Part shown: piece after piece, positions 55,335 to 64,000 of the stretch
Layout of the letters: the number at the start of each line of letters is the position of its first letter
Numbering within the stretch: the first letter of the stretch is position 1
Source: Vitrella brassicaformis CCMP3155
Taxonomy: Eukaryota > Protista > Chromerida
Length of the DNA: 64,000 nucleotides
Direction of reading: 5' to 3'
Assembly: GCA_001179505.1 (NCBI GenBank)
Contig: CDMY01000262.1
Coordinates: 62,001 to 126,000 of the forward strand
Made by a program: the position numbers and the translations under genes
Notes under the pieces: generated by a model
What the model was told of the DNA's origin: nothing
Databases searched by the model: none
Seen by the model: the letters and a program-made list of their open reading frames with translations, nothing else

Positions 55335-58293
55335 ATGCTCAAGAGGACCAGACGACGGAAGCAACACTCCGGCATCCTCCTCCTCTTCCTCCACGCCATC
55401 ATGGCCTCACTCGTCCTCACCAGCGCGTCCTTCCTGCAGGACCAGCGCACCAGACGCGATGACAAAAGGCACCAGCACCAACAGCAGAAGCAGAAGCAGA
55501 AGCAGCAACCACAGGAGAAGAACCCCGCCCGGCAGCGGCTCAGGGACATACGGTCGTCGGCAGCGCACTGGCTGCACAAGAAGGGGGCGCCGAAGCGTCT
55601 GCCGCCACTGGCATGGTGCTCCGACAGGCGGATGACGGCGGCGGTGCCCGTGGGGTATGATCCAGCGCAGATCGGCAAGCGGAGGGGCGGGTTCGCCAAC
55701 TCGCCCACCATCAACGATGAGATCGTGAGCTGGAATGACACCGAGTGGCGGCCTGACGGGAAGGGCAACGGCACTGAGGACTGCCGGGCGGTGTATGCCT
55801 TCAACTTTTTCGGTCTCAAGGCCGACGCGCTGATGGCGTCGGCGGGGTACGATGAGTGCGGCACCACCGTGACGCGCACGGCCCTCTACACCTACTACAC
55901 CAACGTGCTGCGCCTCAACGGGCCCAACAACAATGTCATCGTCACGTGCGCATGCCCTGTCGACCTTCCCACAAACACCTCGCTCGACGACCCAGTGCCC
56001 AGTTGTCAGTCGACGGCCAAGTGGGAGCATGAGTCGACATCCAGACGCGCCTTTCATGGCCGCAACGTCACGAACCCGATGGTGGGTGCGGTGGGGCGGG
56101 GCCACCTGCTGTCGAGCGAGTGGATGGTGGGAGAGAACATGACCATGGCCGTGCAAAAACGAGACGAGTGAGTCAGTCAGGAAGGGGGGAGAGGGTATTG
56201 GCATGGTATCCATGTTGTGAATGTGTGTGTTTGTGTTGTGTGTCAGGGAGCTGGTTTTCGAGTCGGTGATCGAGGGAGAGGCAGCCCATCCGTGGCCGAT
56301 GGTGTGTGTGGCCCTCTGCAACGACACCAGTGGCCCAGCCGACCGGTCCAGTGACCGCTGCTCCCGCACCCTAATGCTTGAGGGCTGCCCCGTCGACGCC
56401 GACAATCGCTACAACTTCACGGTCCTCAACCAGACCGCCCACCGCATCGTCTTCTCCTTCTCCCGTGACGCCCTCCCCTCCCCCGCCCCCCCGTATAGCG
56501 ACGCCGTCAGCGTCCGCTGCATGATGGCCGCCTTCCCCCAGCCCCCCTCCAGCAAGGCCATGTGCGAGCTGCAGAAGACATACGCAGCCAAGAGGCGACG
56601 AAGGAAGCTTCAAGAGGACGATCCGGCAACAACAACAACAACAACAACGGCAGCGACAGAGGAGAGGAAGGAAGAGTTCCTTGCCAACGGGACCAGGAAA
56701 TGGGACGACCTCGCTGCAGATGCGGAGGGCACGGTGGAGGGTCACGTGTTGAACCCCCTCAACTTCCCTCTCACCGGGCTGCTGGGTGTGCCTGGTGCCC
56801 AGTTCCCCCGCTTCACGCCCTCGGCCGATCGGGTGGCCGTGGAGGTGGCCAACGAGATCGTCTACGACAACTGGCAGGTCAACTGGGGACGCGACTTCGC
56901 CGAGGCGGAGACGGCCGTCCAAGTGGGCAATGACCTGGCCTTCGTGGGCATCGGTATCGGGGTCGACCAGCGGGAGAGTGCCGTCAACGTGGGCTACGGC
57001 AAGACCACCGTGTCGTATTCGGCGCAAGAGACCGACCTCGAGGCAGGTGTCGGCGTGGCAATCGGGTCATACGGTGTGCGTGTCGATAACGACATCGACG
57101 ATCGGGCCGTGGCCGTCGAGGCGGTCGCCAGAGGCGTCGAATCGGGGACCAACGTCGACATACTCGATCGGTACATAGCTGACACGCATACATCGAAGAC
57201 AGACAGACTTAAGCGTGAGTGGCTTGTGGCTTCGTGTTGCAGGGATTACGGTCAGCGCGTCAAGGTCCGCAACTTCGAGTTTGCGGCGCGTCACGACTTC
57301 TTCGACGTGCAAGACCCCAGCACCTTCGACGACGACGAGCTGGCGACGGAGGTGTTCGTGGGCTACAAGACCACTGCCGTGGCCGTCGGCACCGACGTCG
57401 ACGACACCGAATACGGCGTCAGTGTGGGCACACTTGGGTACCAATTCTCAATCATTCGCGACTTCGACGAGCGGGAAACGGACTTCCAAGGTCAGCTAAG
57501 CGAACGGACGACAGGTTCCTGCCTCCACTCGGCGACTGTGGGCTCTGGTTCTCTATCTATCTGTAGGCAACTGGGGCGATGGCTACCAGCTTGTCTTGAA
57601 TGGTTGGAAGGGCCGATGGCCGTGATAGATACCGCCTGAACTTGTCGTGAGTGTGCATTAATTATGTCTGTCTGTGGCGGTTCCTGCAGGTGACTTCCCC
57701 GACTTCGCCGACACTGAGGTGTTCGGTCAGGTGGGGTTCGGCAAGCTGGGTGGCGTGTACGTGCAGATCGGTGCGGGTGTGGGTGGGGACGGCATTCCAC
57801 AGGGGTCGGCAGAAGTCGAGACCAGGGACATCGGCATTGGATTCGACTTCATCGATGACGGGGGCAGGCGCCTCTTTCTGCTATCAATCACCATCGGTGG
57901 GTGAGACAGACAGAAATGGATTGGGGAGCACTGGATGAGTGTGGCTTTGTCTTCTGTATGTGTGGTTGATTGGTGCAGGCAAGTTCACGTATGTGTGGGA
58001 AAGGTAAGGACAGACAAGCCACGTGGATTCGCTCGCTGGCCGACGCTCACTGTCCTGCTGTTTCCTTGTCCTTCTTCCCCCCGTGTATGTGTCCGCGCGA
58101 TCTTAGCATCGTTGTGCCAGGTAACGCTGCACGTGAGCCATGTCGAGCGTACAAGCGTCCTTATGTCTCTCTCTCTCCCTCTCTGCCTGTGTGTGTATGT
58201 GCAGACAATCTGGAGCTCCCCCTTATACTGGGTTCGGATTTGGGCCTTACCTCCGCCGAGTCGCAGAGCACCACTTTGTCACGCCCCCAATGA
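55335..58293 (+). CDS. Secreted protein with a zona pellucida (ZP-N + ZP-C)-like module, polybasic cleavage site and C-terminal 22-aa beta-repeat domain
   Basis: Signal-like MLKRTRRRKQHSGILLLFLHAIMASLVLTSA; WCSDRRMTAAV..DCRA..DECGTTV..YTNVL..VTCAC; CVAL..MLEGCPVD..IVFSF..SVRC..AMC; KRRRR. The 3' exons (end ~58293) are less certain. Confidence 0.7.
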
Positions 58294-59622
58294 TGGATGG
58301 ATGGATGGATGGATGGGCGGGTGGGTGAGTGGCGTATTCGACACATCTATATGGTAGAGAGATGTACGTCCATTATATACATCCGTCAACACGGGCAGGG
58401 GGACAGGCAGTGGGGCAGAAGAGCTGGTCGGTCGGGTCTTCTCTTCACACATACACACACGGGATGGAGGCGAGGCGCTCCGATGGTTTGTTTTTTTTCG
58501 TGCCTATCTCCTCCCTCCCTCCGTTCTGTCTACCGCCTCTCCAGCCACATCTGTCTGTTTTTGGTTCTCGGTCGGTCCAGGCATCGATTGATCGATCTAT
58601 CGAGGCACCTACCTTTCAATCAATGCTGTATGTGTGTGTGTATGTGTGTACAGACTTGTTGTCTTTGATTTGTTCCCGCTTCGCTGATCAGCGGTGACTA
58701 GTCTGTCTGTCTGTCTGTCTCCTTGCGTATTCGTATCGATACGTCAAGTCAGTCCAGCTGGGGATGAGGACGACATCATGATCCACACACGGGGTGTACA
58801 TACATACGGACGCACGCACACACACATACATACATACTTGAATCGACGAGTATACTGGAGGCCGGACGTCCGTGCATGGGCATACCGGGGGGCGGGGCGT
58901 GTGCGCCGTGTATGGTGTCTGTCTGCGGTGTGTGCGGCGCATGCCGCTAGTCGAATGAGTGAAGGTCATCCTAGGGTGGGGTGTGCGTGGATGATCATAT
59001 GCGATCGATGCGGCGGAGTCGAGTCGAGCCGAGTCGACCAGCAGTAATTCGGTGGGCACTGATTTGTTGTTGTGACGGGAGCTGGGACGGGACAATCATG
59101 CATGTGTTCTGTCTTAATTGCCGTGCGGAAAGCGAGCGTGGCATTCCATTCCCTTCATGTGTGTGCATCGAAGACCGTGATTCATTCATGTCTGCATGCC
59201 ATCTCATGTCAAGAAGGCTTGCTTCGCACAAACATTCTCGGACCTGCCTGGACCTGCGTGTTCGTGTGTGAGTGCGTGTTGGGGCCGGTTGACGATGAGG
59301 GCAACGCGCTGCTGGGGGGCGCCCAGCAATTTACGGCAGACTGGCTCGAGATATTCCACGTCATCGACACACACAGCTGGCTGGCTGACATCGTGTGTGT
59401 GTGTCGATGACGTGTTGCTAATGCTCATCAGAACAGTCGATTAGCAGGAGTGACACGACCTCCACAGGACAGGAGTGTACGTGACGTAATGAGCAACCTT
59501 GTTTCGATGGACCGCCCCGAGGGGACACCACCGTTGGACGACTCGACTCAATGTGTCAACCCACAAACTGTGAATATATCTTTCTGTACGTATGGATGTA
59601 TGTGCGCTGTCGTTGCCACGGA

Positions 59623-60087
59623 CTAGTTGATTGACATGGATGGAAAGAGGGACACCCACAGAGTGCATTCAATGAATTGACGTCTCCGTTGCACCAACAC
59701 GAAACGTCTGATTGGTTGACAATAATTTGACAGCAGGACGAGTGCAAAGCTTACAAAGCGGGAGTGAGAGTGCAATCTGCTTCCCTTGTGTGTTTCGTCC
59801 TCCAGCCGGTAGTCGTTCATCACCTCAGTCAGGGCGGACAGTATCCCAGGCTGCTTCTGGAGGTCAGCCATGTCCGCATGAATTTTCTGAATCCTCTGGC
59901 TGGCGATGCGGGACGCGTAATAGAGAGCGTCTTCATCCGGCGGAATCATATCACTATCGACATCGGCATCATGATCCATCTCGTCCCAACCCGGACTTGC
60001 CACACACTCTAAATCAGCCATGTCGGTGGAAGCCATCATTTGAATGTCTAAGCTCGCGAGAACGCGATCCAGGCATTTACAGGCCAT
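59623..60087 (-). CDS. Hypothetical protein (possibly first exon only)
   Basis: 154-aa ORF with protein-like composition (DEDALYYASRIASQRIQKIHADMADLQKQPGILSALTEVMNDYRL), divergent from the 60203 ORF. Confidence 0.45.
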   Translation of the reverse strand: MACKCLDRVLASLDIQMMASTDMADLECVASPGWDEMDHDADVDSDMIPPDEDALYYASRIASQRIQKIHADMADLQKQPGILSALTEVMNDYRLEDETHKGSRLHSHSRFVSFALVLLSNYCQPIRRFVLVQRRRQFIECTLWVSLFPSMSIN

Positions 60088-60202
60088 TTGGAGGAAAAAA
60101 TTGAGCCCGTCAGCCTGAAGTGATTGCCTGATTGACCTTTGTCCTGCGCACGGCTCACAGAGCGACTTGATTCATCCAGAATCGGACACGCAGCCAGGAG
60201 CG

Positions 60203-60355
60203 ATGGACAGCAGCAGCGCTGACGGCCGCCTCAAGCAGATCGAGAATTTGCTGGTGCGGATCATGGCGTCGTACCACAGCATGGAGATCACCCTCAATGC
60301 AGTCCTGGCCCGCAACAGACAGCTGGAGGCCGAGAATGCTGCATTGAAGCGGTGA
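60203..60355 (+). CDS. Short coiled-coil exon/ORF (hypothetical)
   Basis: MDSSSADGRLKQIENLLVRIMASYHSMEITLNAVLARNRQLEAENAALKR ends at a donor-like CG|GTGAGG, so it may continue. Confidence 0.4.
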   Translation: MDSSSADGRLKQIENLLVRIMASYHSMEITLNAVLARNRQLEAENAALKR

Positions 60356-60890
60356 GGCAAATCAGCGGAGTGAGTCATTGATTGATTCAATCTCATGCAG
60401 GCGAGTGAGAGACACCACGACGACATTCGACAGTGACGGACAGCCCGTCAACAAGTCTGCTAAGGTGCGCTGCCTCATCACACACAGACAAAGAGGCCGG
60501 CAGAAGACACCATCTGCGTGTTTTGATCAACAGATGAGTGTCTGAGTCAGAGTAGGAGCGGAGAGGAGGAGTGAAGAGGTCGAGGTGTACAGAGGAGTGA
60601 GTGAGTGAGTGACTCTGACTGAATGTGTGATCCACGGCCGTGTGGACTTCTGCGGACGGGTGGGGTGACTGGCTGAGTGATTGAGTGCGTGAGTGGAATG
60701 CGCAGAGGATGGTCGTCCAGACAAACGAGCTGATTGACTGACTGAGTGAGCGAGGAGATGATCCGCGAAGAACTGACAGAGCCTGTCTCTCTCAACCAAT
60801 CATGCATGATGTCGTGATCATCATGAAGACAACACTGACAATTGTCAGGGCAACAAGGCAAAGCTCGTCAGACTCTCGAACGCGCCGTGT

Positions 60891-63800
60891 TCACTCGTTT
60901 TGCTTTTTGCGCCCTTGGTACCAGAAGAAGATCAAAGCAATCAGGTTGAACCTACACAAAGCCAGAGAGACCCGCATCACATACACATGCACTCTCTCTC
61001 TCTCTTTGTATGCACTCACCCGACGACCATCGCAGCCAGGACGGGCACGTCCCGCTCCCACAGGTCATCCTTGCGCACCGCCAGGAACTTGAGCACGTCA
61101 TTGCCGTCACGGAAGCGACAGTCGGTACCACCGCATTCGATTGCCTGGTTCTCGGGGAACGTCCAAACCACCTGACACACGAGAGCAGAGCAGAGCAGTG
61201 TGGGTGGGTGGGTGGGTGTCTCTTCCTGTGATACTGTTGTTATGGGTGGGGACCGTTGCGAAGGCTGAGAAGCCGTATTTGAAGAAACTCAGGTACTCCA
61301 GCCACACCCAGCCGGGGCCAATGGTGTCTGCGTGGACAGACAGGCACGAGAAAGGGAGACATGATAATTTACTGGGTGGTGTCTTTGCCTGTGTTGACGA
61401 AGAAGCCCCCAAAAAGCATGAGAGGCATGGCGATCAGGGGGCCGAGCGCCAGCGCAACCGCCACCTGGAGGATTACGCGTGATCGATACACAACTGGCTA
61501 AGCTGTTTGTGGGCGTGCGCTTGCCGAGGTGCAGGCTGTTGAGACAAGGCTGAAGACACGCATGAAGGCAAGTCTCGCTGTTGTCTTCTGTGCGTGCCTG
61601 GCTCTTACTATCCGAGCGAGATGGCGGCATTGGCGGTGAGAATGATGATGAGCACCGAGAGGATGAACGTGACGCCATCTGCAGGAGATCGCAGACCACA
61701 TCAACAACAGCATCATTCAGACGTCCCGGTTGGCGAGCGGCAAGGACGCCAAGCGGTGCGAGGCGCACTACACCGCCAGATACCGGGATTCAAGCCCATC
61801 ATCCAGTAGGAGATCCTACACACCCAAAGAGAAATGGAGGCCAGTCTAAGGCGCAAAGCGGGCCGGATAGCTGTGCACTCACGAGCAGAATAGGGCAGGA
61901 AAGATGATCTACAGACGACAGAAAAGGTGATCTCAGCTTTTTCAGTAGACGTATCCGCTGTCCCACTGACTTGGAATGGGATGTTGCTCAGGATTTTGCA
62001 GAGGAAATAGGCAGTGGTACTGTACGACCCTGACTCGTGCTCGCGCATGGCGATAGGTCTTTCCATTGGGAACACTTGCAACACACCGAAGATGCCCATG
62101 ATGCTCTGGAGAGCGAGACATGACGTACCATCTTCCGGGATGCTACTGCAGGGACATGGACACCTGCTGACCTGGTTGGTGACTATGAAGAAAATCCCTC
62201 CATTCTTGTCCTGCACACTGCGTTGCCCGTCGCCGAGCCTGAACAGAGACCGATGGATAGAGGAAGCGGAACTGACACTGCCTGATGAACTACGCGCGTA
62301 CTGATAGAAGATGAGGCCCACAAGGAGGCCGAGGATGAGTGTCTGACCAAGGCGGGCCACCGTGAGCACGGGGTCGCGAGAGGTCATCTTCATTTCACGA
62401 TTCAACAACACCATAAACTGCATGGGCCTGGATGAGGCAAGCAACAGGCGGAGACAGACCGAGGACAGCTGAGTTGTTGCTGCCTGATCGATTGACTGCA
62501 TGGGGCTGACCAGCTGACGGCAAAGTGGCCTTTGATGTTGATGGCGGCGTTGTCAGTGGCTGGGTCACTGGTAAAGTCGCAAAAAAAAAGGGTGCAGAGC
62601 GCGGAAATGTTCGCTTGCACAATCGGCGCCGCCGAAAGCTGCTCACCCCTGCTCGCAAGCGAAATCCTCTTCGTCCTTCACGTGGGTCTTCACCTGGCCG
62701 AACGCGCACAAACACACACATCGAACGCACATTTGGAGGCTCAGTGGCTCACTTCATCCATGTGTCACCCATTCTGCATTGAAGGTCTCTCCCTTTTCCT
62801 TCCACTGTTTCGCCATGTTGTCAATTTCCGCCATTTTGACTGTGTCATCGGATCTCACAGCCAAAACTGAGAAAGAGACAGCATTGGTTCGTTTGCATTG
62901 GTGTGCCTGTGTGTCTCTGTCCTGATGGTTTCTGTACCACGAATGATGTAGTCAGCGGGGTTCGAAAACTGCACGCACCCCAAATCAAGCACGTAGAAGG
63001 AGAGATGGTGCCTTTCCTTACCTGTGGGCACTGGTACCCCAGTCTGCAAAATGGAAACCAGAAACAGCCTGCACTCGCTCTCTCTCGCCTTTTCCTGGCT
63101 CCATGTCTATCTTGCCTCACCGCGAGAAGTACGTAACAGCGCCCTCGAGTTCGCCATAGTAGACTATTTTGCCCTCCGCCATGTACATGACCTTGTCGAA
63201 CATGGCGTAGATCTCAGAACTCGGCTGATGAATCGTTGCAATCACCGTGCGACCTGAAGGTGGAAAGAAATGAATGCCTAGCCCACACTCAATGATCGGG
63301 ATTGGATGCGTGAAAACGCACCTGCACGGGCGAGATACTTCATTGTCTCGACAACCGACTGAGCCATAAAGGCGTCAAGTCCACTGGTCGGCTGCAGAGA
63401 CACATCCGATGTGCAAACACACGCGTCTTCGGCAGACAATCACGCTCGACGCAACGAATACGCTCAACGCAACAAGTTACCTCGTCAGCGAACAGGACGG
63501 AGGGGTTCGTGAGCACCTCTGTGCCGAACGCCAGACGCTTACGCTCTCCGCCACTGATGCCTCTGCAAGTTGCAAGGAGAGGCAGTCAGAAGACTGTGCT
63601 CTTCTTCACCCAGTGAGTGATGTGTCACAAGCACAAACCGTCCGTGTCCGGCCTGCACGTTTCCAATGAAGTGGTGCTGCGCCTTGGCCAAGTTGAGCAG
63701 CGCGATTACTTTGTCGACCTTTTGTTCTTTTTTGTCCAACGGGATGTGAGAAGGCAGCCGGAGGCGGGCCTGGTACATCAACTGCTCGCGAACTGTGAGA

Positions 63801-64000
63801 TTCCCAAAGAACATATCCTCCTGCATCGATTCATAAAATGCAGCCGTCATGAGATGTGCAATGGAATCGTCGGACGCTTCGCTTGCCTGCTGCACGAAGG
63901 CGCTGATGCGGGTGAAGTGTTCGTCACACTGCCGACCGTTGTACGTGACTTCGCCTCCGTGTGACGTGATGCGACGAGACAAGACTGCATATACACAAAG
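60891..64000 (-). CDS. ABCG: ABCG (white-like) half-transporter, 5' end outside window
   Basis: AFVQQ|[19 protein letters not shown], signature [12 protein letters not shown], Walker [34 protein letters not shown] part [31 protein letters not shown]...[19 protein letters not shown] at 60891. Confidence 0.93.

Larger units (their letters stand above)
53635..55350 (-). repeat. Right arm of the inverted duplication (second egh-like copy, middle hidden in gap)
   Basis: Reverse-complement match to 40195-40930 and 44260-44900. Confidence 0.9.

Noticed and set aside
58300-59600. Short ORFs and a coding-like patch (VLGPVDDEGNALLGGAQQFTADWLEIFH, ~59275-59390)
   Set aside because: The region is microsatellite-rich, and I could not link a start, stop and splice chain.
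1-64000. Transposon or retroelement explaining the duplications
   Set aside because: No transposase, RT or integrase motifs, terminal inverted repeats with TSDs, or LTRs were seen. The inverted arms are gene copies.

Overview
This is eukaryotic, GC-rich, intron-dense DNA. The short introns carry (AC)n/(GT)n, (GATG)n and (CAGA)n microsatellites. That style, the bipartite signal+Phe presequences and a lineage-specific gene family suggest a chromerid alveolate such as Vitrella (inference, not verified). Genes I could reconstruct by hand-splicing, left to right: RPA-interacting protein (RPAIN-like, -); DusA (+); a decayed region of pseudogenes at ~5.4-13.3 kb, including a kinase-like frame broken by single stops; a triple PH-like-repeat protein (-); an MFS sugar transporter (-); NSDHL/ERG26 followed immediately by CYP51 (+); a WGR-type PARP (-); a lineage-specific hypothetical gene (-); a fucose-salvage enzyme (+); an egghead-like GT2 glycosyltransferase (+) with an inverted second copy ~9 kb away; a very large coiled-coil/low-complexity gene (-); a small Cys-pair ORF (+); a secreted ZP-module-like protein (+); two small divergent ORFs; and a partial ABCG transporter (-). 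There are three ~300-N gaps. No rRNA, tRNA, CRISPR or recognisable transposon was found. Best leads: (1) a probable in-frame spliced NSDHL-TM-CYP51 fusion joining sterol C4-decarboxylase and C14-demethylase; (2) a zona-pellucida-type module with a furin-like site and 22-aa beta-hairpin repeats in a non-animal; (3) a PARP with an apparent plastid-targeting presequence; (4) an FPGT+FCSK three-module fusion; (5) a recurrent AGCTCGCA element in head-to-head promoters. Exon structures were derived by eye and need RNA-seq confirmation.
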